Assembly: GCA_973895155.1 (NCBI GenBank)
Contig: OZ316899.1
Span: 15,093,974 to 15,157,973, forward strand
DNA length: 64,000 nucleotides
From: Marsupella aquatica
Taxonomy: Eukaryota; Plantae; Marchantiophyta
Direction of reading: 5' to 3'
Shown piece after piece: positions 23,669-35,980 of this stretch (its first letter is position 1; every line of letters starts with the position of its first letter). The position numbers were made by a program, and so were the translations under genes. The notes under the pieces were generated by a model. That model saw only the letters and a program-made list of their open reading frames with translations. It made no database searches and had not been told where the DNA came from.

Positions 23669-26600
23669 ATGGTGGCTCATTTGCAAGCACGAACTAAGCA
23701 GACGACTACGGGAGGCCAACTACTGTCCGTTGCTCAGGCAAGCACTTGATGTGGAAGCAGATACCGACAATCAACTCAAGAAGGGTATGAGCAACGTCAA
23801 TCAAGCTGCTCATTTTTGGGGATGCCTGTTAGAACGGGCAACTGAGTACATTGGGACCTACAAGGACGAAGAATCGGAGAGAGCCGCTCGAGAATGGGAG
23901 GAGCTCGCTCGACTGTGGGAGCTGCAGAAGTCTGCCTTCTTAGCAGGAGAACTCATCACGGCTGAATTCCTGTGGACGCCTACTGCCGACAAAGTTGACG
24001 ATCTTCTATTTTGTGAGAACAGAATAGTCGGCATCCGGGAAGCCATCAACCGCTGCAACGACATACACTGGGAGTTGAAGGGTAACACGGAGGGGTGGAC
24101 GAAGGCAACCGTGCTAGGAGAAACATCCACGGCAGCCGCTATGAAGAGGAAAGGGAACATCAATGAAGAGACCACCCTTGCGAAGAGAATGAGGTCGGCG
24201 GCACCAAGGAAGCCAGTCGAGCAAGGGGCATAGCGACGGAGACAGGAAATAGGTAAACAAGAATTTTTTTTTCTGTTTTTAATATGCTGTTACCAGGAAA
24301 AATGACAATTTAAAAATGTCTCCTAAAACATGTTATTTCCAAAAAAAATGAACAATGCAACATTTTTGGCTAGCTTTGGGCGCTACTATTAGCAGCGCCG
24401 GGCGCTAGCAAAAACAATCTGGTCGACCGAAAAATAATAATATTTTTTCTCTCAAAAAAATAAATTCAAAAATAAATTTCAAAAAATATTCAAAAAAATA
24501 TTCCACCAATTTTCCTGTTACCAGTTTTTTTTCCAGTTACCAGTTTCTGTTATTAAATCCTGTTTGTTTGCTGTCTTTTGTAAACACCTCGAGCAAGGGA
24601 GCAGGAGGCAAGAAGAAGCCAAAGAAGAGGAGGTCGACCCCATCAATGCCGTTCCGACAAGAGATGACACCTGGAAAGGCTGGGCGACGACCCTCCCCGA
24701 GGAAGTGCAGTTACACTTTGCACGTGAAGAGGAAGCATGCTTTACGGCTATGCAGACTCGGAAGTACCAAGGCTTCATGGCCGGATCCGGCTTGGAAGCC
24801 TTTGTGAAGTTACCATGGCTGAAGCCGGAGGTGCCGGATTCAGACTTATTAGAATTTGTGGGATCCTAGAGCCCGAGTCCAATTCCACAAGGGTGTATGG
24901 GAAGGATTTCTATCTCACTCCCCGAGTGATTGCCGAAGCATTTGGCTTGTCGATGGGCAGTAAGACCAAAGTTGATACCAGGAAGACCTTGCCTGACAAG
25001 GAGTTCCGGTCATTCCTAGGGCCATCAACGAAGAATGGCTTCTTCTGGAACACCTGCACCAACCTGCACATTGGGGAGATGATTGATTTCTTGCGGGTAA
25101 CCATGCATTGCAACTTGCCGAGGCCAGAGATCGGCAAGGCACAGGTTTACTTGGCGGAGAGGCCAGACCCCAACCGGGACTACAACAAATTCTTCCTCAC
25201 CCAATTGAAGAAAATCTTGAAGGAGGAACAGCAGGTGATTGGCAAGGGAAGCGTGTCCCGACTTGGCTATCATATGCCGCTGTTGTGCCGGTATGCCCGA
25301 AGTCAGATATTCGCCCTGGTACTTCCCCTGCAGGCAAGAGCACCAGAGGAGGTTCCGGAACAAAGGCCGGCAACAGAGAAACCAACCCAGCCCGACAGTC
25401 CTACAATCGAGCAGGTGTTTAGGCCAAGGAAGGAAGACTTGCCGATGCAGCAACCAGGCATGCAGAATCTGCTGAAATTGCTGGAGAAGGAAAGGAGAAT
25501 GGCAACGGCAATGGGACCGGTACAGAATACTGCTCCCGAACTCGGCCTAAGCCGACTTACTAGGGAAAACCCCTTTACCGGGGCCAAGGAGAGAAGGGCC
25601 AAGGAGAGAAGGAGGCATAAAACAGATGGCACAAGAGTTTCAGGAGCAACTCAGGGAGGAAGAGAAGGCAGCCTTGGCTAGGGAGAAAGATTTACCAGGG
25701 GGAGAATGGCCAGAGCACATCAAGCGGCTTGCAAAAAAACAAAGCAGCCCTCCAGCCACGATAGAAAAAATCCGCAAGGCGGCTTGGGAACAAAGGCCGC
25801 GATGGTTGATGCTGATGACTTCTACCCACTCTGCCTATGCTAAAGAAAGAGCCATGGAGTACGGGGAGATGTGTGGGGAACTTGCGCTCAGCATCTTTGG
25901 GGAGGAGTTGGAGCAAGGACCCTTTTTCCAGAGGGAGATGTTGGAGAAGTGCCAATTAGAAAAGCGATGGGTTTGGAGAGAAGCAAGAGAAGTCATCCGT
26001 CGGCTTAGGGCAAGGGAAGCCGAGGTAGAAGACCTGAAGGCGGACAAGAAAGCCCAAGATGAGCTGCGGATTAAGCGGCATGAGCTAAACATCATGCAGG
26101 GGCAATTGGATACCGCGCAGTCTGAAAATCAGATTATCAAGGATAAACTGACTCGGACCCAAGGAGAGTTGGCCAATGCGATCAAGGAGAGGGAGAAGTG
26201 GAAGCGAGAGCTGAGGGACGCAGAGGAGGCCCACATAGCAGCCAACAACCGGGCCATGGCGGAGACCCAGAGAAGGGAGAGGGCGTTGAAGGGGGAGCTC
26301 GAGGATATCCGCGGAGCCCTTGAGCAAAAGGAGGCCAAGTTAGGGAAATCTTATCAGGCGATTATTGTGCTACAACAGGAGCTTGCATCCCTGACAACCA
26401 GCTTCAAGGCCGACCTCCGTGAGAAGATGACCAGCTCGACCAGACTTATGCCAAGATGAATAAAATGGAGTCTGAGGTTGTAATGGAGCTCGACAAGGAG
26501 CTAAGAGCAACCCAGGAGGAGAGGGCTACCTTAAAAAAGGAGCTAGAGGAAGCCTAGGGAGAGTTGGAGGAAGCCCAGAAGGAGCTGGAGGAGGCGTGCA

Positions 26601-27237
26601 AGGACCTGGACAAATTGCAGGAGGAGTTGGAGGAAAGCACGCGGAAGATGGAGAACTTACAGCGGCGAGCCGACAACCAAACGGAGCGGCTGAAGAAATA
26701 GGCCGTAGTATTTAAGTGCTTGGCTTCCTCAGGTCCAACTCCAATTGGGGCAACCAAGTTGCTAGGAGTAGTACTGGCCAAAGGACAAGCTGAGACACTC
26801 GCACCGGTGCCGGAGGTAAGTGGCAAGGGGAAGGGACCAGCTGCCAAAACAGGGAAGAAGAAGCAAAAACCTTATGGGTCAGGGAATAACACGGCTTCTC
26901 AAGCCGTCATGACCAAGGAGGTAAACCCGACACCAACCTCAGGCAGGGTCACGGCAGAGGATCCAACTCTCCTACAAGACGGGATGGCAAGGGCGAAGCC
27001 GGAATGCTCAGTGATGAGGCCGGTGTACCAAATCCCCCACTAGAGCAGGTCGGGGAAGCCGTAGCCATATTGGAGGCCGTGGCCGATGCTGAGGCCAAAG
27101 CCGAGGGTGGACCCAGTCAGGCCAATGGAGAGTTGACTCGGTCCGGAGCAGGTAATCTGTCAGAGGACGGACCTACGATAGTGGCTATGGAGGAAGTGTT
27201 GGGGGCGTCCATTGAGGATCAGCCACCACTACCATGA
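23669..27237 (+). pseudogene. LTR-encoded protein of family D: PMD/Athila-ORF-like domain followed by long coiled coil
   Basis: ORF pieces 23730-24233 and 24564-24869 join in frame (KPVEQGSRRQEE) after MITE removal. GLEAFVKLPW...EF...TPRVIAEAFGL...; E/K/R-rich heptads at 25626-26700. A few frameshifts and stops. Confidence 0.7.
24226..24590. mobile_element. Mutator-like MITE
   Basis: Flanked by direct repeat TCGAGCAAGGG (24217-24227, 24589-24599; exact 9-bp TSD phase ambiguous). Homologous to 38232-38530 and 50705-51021. Confidence 0.85.
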
Positions 27238-30200
27238 CGGTGGTGGAGGGCCGCTCCTTTTAAGGAGGGCGGACGTGGAGGGAGGAGGCGCGAGTGGGCA
27301 GGGCGGGCTCAGATCTCCAAGTTTAGAATTAGGATCAGGACCAAGGGGCGGCCCTGACACTTAGCTTAGTGGGATTGTGGATCCGCTGGTAAGAGCAACA
27401 CTTGTGCTCTTGCCTCACTGTACATAGGTAGATTACAGTTAGGTAGATTACAGTAGGGTAGATTAGGTTTACGTTGCAAGGAATTAGGCGGATCCACTAC
27501 CAGGATAAGTACCTGTGCAGTGGGGAGTTGAGGGCCTTCTTCCTTAGCAAGTTTTTAGTGCACCAACAGGGCTGGGATCAAGTAGTTAAAGAAGCTCTCG
27601 GTTAGTTATGTTGTGACCCTTGTGTATATTCATGTTTCCTCATACCTAAGAGATGAATAGAGTTGGCCTCACGGCTTAGTTCGCAGATCTTGTGTATGAG
27701 AAGTACTGTTTGTATGGCAAGTGCATGGTATAACTCAGTCAGAAGGAGTCATTTTGCTATTTGTGTGTCGCATTAACTTGTTTGAAGATTGCCCACATCA
27801 ACCAAGAAGAGAGTAAGCAAGGTAGTAAGCGTTGGATGTGTCGAGCTGAGAGAGGTCTTAGCGGCTTACCCAAGCCAGTTGGGGATCATTCCGGCGGCGG
27901 AATCCAAACATACCTAAAGGAAGACCAGGAGAGGAGGACAAGGGAAAACATAGAAGAGGCTGGCTACGTATCTCATGACCCGATGAAGGATTTGTGCAGT
28001 ATATGTGTGTAAAATGTTAGTAGAAGGAAGTTGGCAGCGTCCCATGCCGCTAAGCCACAAAACCGGCCTCACCAAGAGCGAAACCTGCGGGAATCGGCTT
28101 GTGCAGGGGGGTTTCTTGGGTTCAGGGAGCCATGGGACGCACCACACTAAGTGCCCTTGGTGCGCAAACACCTCCACGGAATACCTCAAGCAAGCAACTT
28201 GATGCCCTTGCACCGCCTGCGTCCCCTCCCATACAAAGTCGCACTTGCTCTCTAACACAACCGCTACTCAACGGTCCTCGCTGTTTGCACAAGCAATCAA
28301 GCATCTTGATAAGTAACCCCTCAGGATCTAGATCTCCTCAGTCTAGCATCCTAACTCAAGCTCAATAGACATTGGTAAGTAGGTCAGCGATAGGTCCTCC
28401 TGATGCCATAAGCCGGAACCAGAACCAATATTCATTGTTTGTCCAGAATAGCACCCGCAAACCTTGAGAACCTATGGCTCCCCAAGACCTAGCTGAGCTC
28501 AGGAGGATGTAGCCCTTCTCAAGAAATTTCCAACGCACCTAACAAGTCCCCCAACGGACTTCTCGTTGGGAAGTTATCGTCATTTTTGTTTGACAGTTTC
28601 CCTTAGTGTCGCGACCATCGCGGCTCACGACTTCTGCTTGCCCTTAGACCCCAGGGAGACACCACTCCCATCATATATGCTTCTGGAGACCTGTCACCAC
28701 CAAACCAACTTTGGTCCCCAAAATTTTGGCCCCCAACCAGGACCCTATCCCGCATGTCTGGGCGCGCCACCAATTGGTAACGCCCATAACTTCTTAGTTA
28801 GGCGTCTACAAGCGGAGTGCCTTAGTCCATTATGATTGGGCCAACCCGGTGCTCATGCCTAGGCCCTCAGATCACATTGGTGCTCGGGGCCCTGATCGGC
28901 CAAACCCGGATTGAGCCATAACTCGTGCCCCAAACGTCCGTTGCCCATGGCTACTCAACGGTCCACACTATCTGCACAAGCAACCAAGCACCTCGGTAAG
29001 TAACCCCTTTGGATCTAGAACTCACCAAGTCTAGCATCCTAACTCAAGCTCAATAGACGTTGGTAAATAGGTCAGCGATAGGTCCTCCCGATGCCATAAG
29101 CCGGAACCAGAACCCACATCCACTGTCCGTCCAAGACAGCTCCTTCCTTGGGCGCGGCCTGGGTTCCCCCTTGTACCTATCCATCACCAACTGACCGCCC
29201 TGACCTCAGAACATGCTCATGACCCAAATAACATAGCTTGTCCTAAAGCTTGTCCCAAACTTGTCTCAACACGCCGAAACCAGAACGTCCCCAACTCTAA
29301 CAACCGCTCCCGGTTTGCCCCACTGATGGTCTAGGGACCAAGCGCCCTTGGGACTCAGCCTCCATGCCTACTTGGCCTTACTTCCCCAACACAAGCTCCC
29401 TTGGGAGGCTGAACGCGGCTTGGCTGCTGTTCGGCAGGATTTGGCAAGCGAGCGAGCTAACACCCGCAAACCACGAGAACCCATGGAACCCACAGACCCA
29501 TCTGAGCTCAGGACGGCGTAGCTCTCCTCAAGAGCTTTCCAACGCACCCAAGAGTCCTCCAACAGACTTCCCGTTGGGGAGATATCACCATTTCCGTTTG
29601 GCGGTTTCCCTTAGTGTCGCGACCGCCGCAGCTCACGACTTCAGCTCAACCTTAGCCCCTAGGGAGACACCACTCCCCTCATATGCTTCTGGAGACCTGC
29701 CACCCCCGAACCAGCTTTGGTCCCTAAACATTTGGCCCCTAACCCGGATCCCATCGCGCATAATGGGCGCGCCACCAACTGGCAACGCCCATAACTTTCT
29801 TGATAGGCATCCGCAAGCGGAGTGCCTTAGCCCGCTGTGACCGGGCCGACCCAGTGCTCATGCCTAGGCCCTCAGATCTGATCGCCGCTCGGGGCCCCAG
29901 ACCGGCCCAACCTGGATCGAGCCACAACTTGCGCCCCAAGCGTCCGTTGCCAATGGCGTCAACTCCATTGGCCTTGGGCCCAAGAGGAGCTCACTCCCAA
30001 GTCCTCAGAACTCAAAGTCCATCCAACGATCCGGACGGCCATCCTTGAGCCTGGCCCATTTCCCCTTGACCCGACCAGCCATAGGCTAGTCCAAGTCCTT
30101 AGTGTGTGTCCCCAGCTTGGCCCCTTGCCTCGCCAGTGCCACGTCTCATTGCCCATAAGTCTCCCCATGCTAAGTCCTCCCCGGATGGCCTATCCGGGCC

Positions 30201-30711
30201 TGGACCATAAGGGAGCTCGACGTTGGAGTCAGCAACGCCGGAGCTAAGTGTTAAGGTAGTCGAGTTCCGTGACTTGCACCTTTCCTTAAAATGGTCACAT
30301 CCGTGTGACCTCAGTAAACGTTCCAACACGCCTAGACCACTTTGGGCCTTGAAAATTTTATGAGGTAACAAATGGTTTGCCCATAAGACTGATGCAAACC
30401 AGGTTGGTATGCGCATTCCAAACTTAGGAAATTCCAACCTATCCCACTCATCCAAGTAGGATGTCAGTCCAAACGGGTAAGCTAACTCCAAACTCGTCAA
30501 ACCCATTGTCCTCCCCTTGGGGCGCTCCCCTTTGGTTTGAACTAGCCCGCCCATAGATGTAGGGCGGGCACCATCAACTTCCACTCGCAAAAAGCAAATC
30601 CGCCGCCCAACAACCTCTAGCACCAACGCAATCCGACTTTATCCTTAAGAGGCCGAGAGGAGTGAAACTAGGATACAACTCACAAAGGTAATTACAGTTG
30701 CCTGTACCCGT

Positions 30712-33700
30712 TCACAATGGCGGTAGGCCGCTTCGCTTACGATAGCTTCCAAGGATCTCTGAGGCATTACCCAAATTTTCCTCCGGTTCCCAAGTACTCT
30801 CGGCCTGGTTGTAGCCAGCCCACTTCACCAAATACTCTAAGATTTGCCTTCCCAACTTGCGTTTGTAACGGTGGTCCAGAATTGCCTCCACCTCAAACTC
30901 CTCTGCGTCCTCCACCAACATGGCGTTCGGACGCAAGCCAGGCCTGATCCCGGTTGGGATCATCGTCTTTGACAAACTTCTTGAGTCGGCTAACATGGTA
31001 GCTTTTGCCCACGCCCATTTCCTTGGGTGTCTCCAACACCACCAAAACCGGATTATCCTTGTGGACACATCGTATGATGCGATAGGGCCCCGCATATCTG
31101 GGAGCCAGCTTCCTACTTATGTTCCCGTGGTATTGCTCAGGTCTCAACTACAACCAAACGCTCTCCCCAATTTCAAAGCTTACATGGCGTCGATGTTTAT
31201 CCCCTTGCTCCTTGTACCGACTTTGGGCAAGGGTCATACCCTTGGTAGCTGCTTCCACAACTAGGCGCCGCTCTCAAATAAACTCGTCCGCAGAAGGAAC
31301 CTTGCTTTCCGTCCGCCAAGCTTCCGGATTTATAAACCAGGAGGGCGCCCTTGGCGTCCTCCCTGTGGCCAACACAAACAGCGCAAACCCCATTGCCGAA
31401 TGTTTGGTCGAGTTATACCTAAACTTGGCCATCGTTAAGTGCTTTGCCCAATCCTTTTGATTGGCCGTCACAAAGTGACGCAAGTAGTCCTCCACAATAC
31501 CATTAACCCGTTTCGTTTGGCCATCTATCTCATGATGATATGCTGATCCCCTGGTCAGGTCCGTTCCGGATAATCGGAACAACGCCTTCCAGAAATGGCC
31601 CGTGAACTTGGTATCGCGATCGGACAGGATATGCAACGGCAATCCCCACTGTCGGAAGACATTGTCAAATACTAGACCGGCAACCTCTCGGGCCGAAACC
31701 ATCTTTGTAGTAGGCAAGAAATACGCCATCTTGGAAAAACGATCCACGATTGTTAAGATGGAGTTACTGCCGTGGGACTCAGATAACCCAACAATGAAGT
31801 CCATGGAGATAGACTCCCATGGAGCCGCAGCTACTGGTAAGGGTTGTAGTAGTCCTCCTTTTGCCCTATAGACCGTTTGGTTCTTTTGGCACGAGTAACA
31901 ACTTTGCACGTGTTGAAGGACCGATTGCTTCATGTCCGGCCAATACACATCTCGCGACATGCTGCGATACGTAGCGGCTTGTCCTCCATGCCCTCTCTAG
32001 GGCGAGTTGTGGTACTTTTGCAGAACCTCTAACCTTAGAGACTCTGGTATGTACACACGCCTCTGCTCGTATCGCCATAACTGGACATTATGCGTCTTAT
32101 CCAACCCCAACGATACGTGCCTTACCTTGCCTTGGCTACCCCCATTGCTTTGCCATTCCTTAGCTAACCTGTCATCCCCATACGCCGCGGCCAGAACCTT
32201 TGGCCACTCGGATTCGAGCATCGTGATCCCATTGACACGATGTTGGTCCTTATGCGATAATGCGTCTACTGCCATATTTGTCTTCCCTGGAACGTGGCGG
32301 ACTTCAAAATCAAAATCCGCCAATAACATCTGCCATCGCATTTCCTTGGGGTTCAGCCTTGGCTTAGAACTGAAGTACCCGGCCGACAAGCTATCTGTGT
32401 GGATTACCACTTTGGGACCGTTCTTAAGGTAAATCTCCCACTTCTTCAATGCATAGATCACATCATACATTTCCCTTTCCGGCGTGATCTAGTGATTTTC
32501 CAACTTACATGACTCAAAGGCCACAGGGATGCCCATCTTGGTGAAGACAGGCACCAATGGCATAATCACTTGCGTCTGTCCAAATCTCAAACGGCTTCCC
32601 CATCTCAGGTAACTTTAAAACCGGAGACGTTATCATTAACCTCTTACATTCTAGGAATGCTAACTCGCAATCTTGTGTCCACACAAACACTTTGTTTTTC
32701 AACGTTAGCACGTTTAGGGGCCTTGCAATCCTTGCATAGTCTTTCATGTATCTCCAATAGAACCCCGTAAATCCTAAGAAGGCTCTAACTTGCCTTACAT
32801 TGGACGGGCGCTCCCATTCTTTGATCTCCTTAAGCTTGTCTTGACTAGGCGTAATCCCTTCCGGGGTAAAGGTATGGCCAAGGAACTGAATCTCGTTCAT
32901 CGCAAACTCGCACTTGCTAGGTTTAGCAAAGAGACGAGCCTTACAAAGGCGAGAGAACACTTCTTTGAGCAACTGCTCATGTTCCTCCAATGTTTTTGAG
33001 TAGATTAGGATGTCGTCAATAAAGACGACCACTCCTTGGTCCAACAAGTCATGAAAGATGGTATTCATCATCTTCATGAACGTTGTGGTTGCATTACACA
33101 ACCCGAATGGCATAACCAAAAACTCATAGGATCCAAACCTTGTGCGCATCGCGGTCTTATACTCGTCTCCCTTAGCCATGCGGATCTGGTAATACCTAGA
33201 CCGCAAGTCCACCTTTGAAAACTTCTTAGCCCCAAGGCAATCAAAGAGGTCATCCATATGAGGTAACGGGTACTTGTTCTTTACCGTCTGCTTATTGAGG
33301 GCCCGGTAATCTGTGCACAATCTCAAAGTACCATCCTTTTTGGACACAAACAGCCTGGGTGCCCCGTAAGGACTCTTACTAGGGCGAATGAACCCTTGGT
33401 CAATCAATTCTTCCAAGGCGTTCTTCAACATCATTCGCTCGTTCAGGTTTAGACGATAAGGAGCTTTAGTCTGAGGAGCCGATCCCGGCTCCAACTCAAC
33501 TTGGTGATCCACTTCTCTCCGCAGGGGTAAACCTTTAGGTAGCTTCTGTGAGAGCACGTCGTTGAATACCTCTAAAATTTCAGGAATTCAACCGCAGTCG
33601 GGCCCGACCTTAGCTGACTTGACCTTTGGCTGCGACGCAGCCTCCTTAGTTGGGTGGAGATGAAAGAAGAAACATTCATGTCCACCCTTGAAGTCTTTCC

Positions 33701-35840
33701 ACCATTGCTTTGCTTATACACATGGAGACATCCATGACACTTTACTTACTTTAAGAAATCTTTCTTTATTTTTGGTAATTTTGTGTACAACGATGGGCTC
33801 ATCGCCCTTATTGGGAAAATGGAGCACCTCACCCCCAAGTTTCAAGGTAACATTGTGCTTTCTAAGATAACCTACCGACAAAATGAAGTCTACGGCTAGA
33901 CCGTCTATAACGTAGAACATCTCCTGACTAACAAAATTTTGTTGTTCGCCTATGACCTCTACCCAAAGTCTATGCACTACTCTTGACACTATCCCCTTCG
34001 TGTCATTGGCAAACTTGCACACTAACGGTTGTAGCAACTCTTGCACGTCCATTCCAAGACGAGCTGCCGCCTGCCCACTTATGAAGCAGGCGGTCACGCC
34101 TGTATCCACCAAAGCAACACCCAGATTACCGTTAGAAGTGACATTCACAAAAATCAGTTTTTTAGGATCCATTGTCTTAACTTTAGGTATCTTCTCTCGC
34201 AACAACACCCTCTCTCCGTCAGGGACATCCCCTACAGGGACCTTGTCAGCTACTAAGGGTTTGGTTAGAGCGATACTTACCTTAATGCTCTTCTGCCCTC
34301 CACCATCTCCATTTGGCTTGCCACCTTTTGTGGAGCAATCCTTACTTTGATGGCCCATGGTGCCACATGTGAAGCACAAACCTTCAGCCCGCCTCTGCTC
34401 CATGGTTGCCTGCTTCTTTGCTTTCTGTGCCGATGAGGCTCCTTTCTTAAAGTTGTCGGCCTTCCGGTTTCGCTTAGCTTCTCCATTCTGGGGCTGGGGA
34501 TCCGAACCACTGCCCCCCGCCCCCTCAGGTTGCTTACGCTTATTCCCGAGACCTTTCGCTTTCCCAACTTCCCCCTCGGATCCCTTGCCACCCACCTTTG
34601 CCAAGTCTTGTCAGTTATTCACCAATGTAGTGGCCTTGTCGAAGGCGTCAAAAAGCGTTTTGAACTCATGACGCTTTTCCTGCAACTTTTCCCTGAGCAA
34701 TGGCGGGAGCTTCACGATAAAGTTGTGAAGCTGTGTATGTAGGGTCTCTTGTCCCGCCGGGATACACGCCAACTGATTTTGGTAATAAGTGATGAACTTT
34801 TGGATATCACCCCTGAACCTCATCTCTGTTACACATTTCTGAGCGTGCCACTCCGAGTACTTAGTGGTGACATGAGCATGGAGACCCTCAACCAGGTTTT
34901 CCCAAGTTAACGGCAAGGAGGAGTCTTCTCGCAACTTCTTCCATGACTTGTACCAAGTCAAGGCATAGTCCTTCAGGTAAGGAGCGGCTGCGATAGCCCA
35001 AGTGGAACGCTCAACGCATGCTTGGAGATGAATCTATATCGTGGAGAGCCAACTCAAGAACTTTTGTCCACTTTGTTCGTAGGCCCCGTCGTAAGTTGGA
35101 GGAGTCGGTAGCTGGTTCACTTGGAACATACTCCGTCCAACTACCATTCCCCCCTCGGGACGCAACGCACTTTGACTACCCAATCTAAGTAAGTACTTAA
35201 TCTGGGCCCCCTTGTTGTGTTCCAACTGCTCATAGATGAGTCGTTGGTCTTGAGTCAACGGACCCAGACCGTCGTCAACGGTCGGGCCCTTGCAAGTTGT
35301 ATGAGGACGGTCCTCCAACCGTCTTTCCTTTGCGGGCCGCCTATCCTTAGGTTCTCTTGTGGATTTTGGTGATACCCCCCGCGTCTTGCGAGCACCATGC
35401 TCTCCCGGGACTGAGGTATCACCCGCGTCATCCTGGTTCTGCTTGGTCAAATTATCCACAATGACATCCGTCTCGACATCATCCTTTGGTTCCGCATTCA
35501 ACCCTCTCAAGGTTGGGATCAGTTCCTCCTCTGGGTCCTAACCCTCTTCCTCTATTTTGGCTGCAGCCTCGTCGTCGCTTCCTTCTGCGTCGGAGTCGTC
35601 GTCATCCAACCCATCCTCTGAAGGATCAGCCACCTCCTTCCCTTTAAGTTGACGGCGCTCTGCACTTGACATGTTTGCCGCAGCGGTCGATGGTTTGGCC
35701 ATTGCGTCTTCTTTGTCCTGCTTATAACATTCGTCTAGGGAAGTCGACCCGTCCTCCTTCTGTTCATCTTGGACTTGGGCTCTCCCCTTGGTGGGGGGAG
35801 CCTGTTTGCCACTCTTTGATTGAGTGTTTTTAGCCATGTT
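30712..35840 (-). pseudogene. gag-pol with C-terminal chromodomain (family A)
   Basis: ORF pieces 35538-35903 through 30712-31095; chromodomain EEFEVEAILDHR...YLVKWAGYNQAESTWEPEENL keeps the aromatic cage residues. Confidence 0.92.
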
Positions 35841-35968
35841 CCCAATGACCAAATTTGCCCGCAGTCGACCCGCCGGGCAAGTTGAAGCACTAAGTCCCCG
35901 CACAAATCTGCTAAGATTTTTGGATTTTGACTTAGCACAACCCTGGCCCAGTGTCTATGCCAGCAATC

Positions 35969-35980
35969 GCTCTGATACCA
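35969..35980 (-). promoter_or_regulatory. Primer binding site, tRNA-iMet
   Basis: TGGTATCAGAGC lies 2 nt after the LTR end CCACT. Confidence 0.9.

Larger units (their letters stand above)
23411..28146 (+). mobile_element. Solo giant LTR (family D, 4736 bp including a MITE) containing a long ORF
   Basis: Starts TGTGATG, ends CACCACA, flanked by CTAAG (23406-23410; 28147-28151). No gag/pol and no terminal direct repeats. Confidence 0.85.
23357..28950 (-). repeat. A-family LTR remnant (23357-23410 + 28147-28950) split by solo LTR D
   Basis: AGTGGTGGAC...CACCCAGCGCCCTCACCAATC...CTAAG|TGCCCTTGGTG rejoins to match the LTR end starting at 35983. Confidence 0.85.

Noticed and set aside
30099-30626. 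175-aa ORF after the chromodomain as an env-like gene
   Set aside because: No ATG start, no recognisable motif or transmembrane pattern, and it runs across the PPT into the LTR; probably chance.
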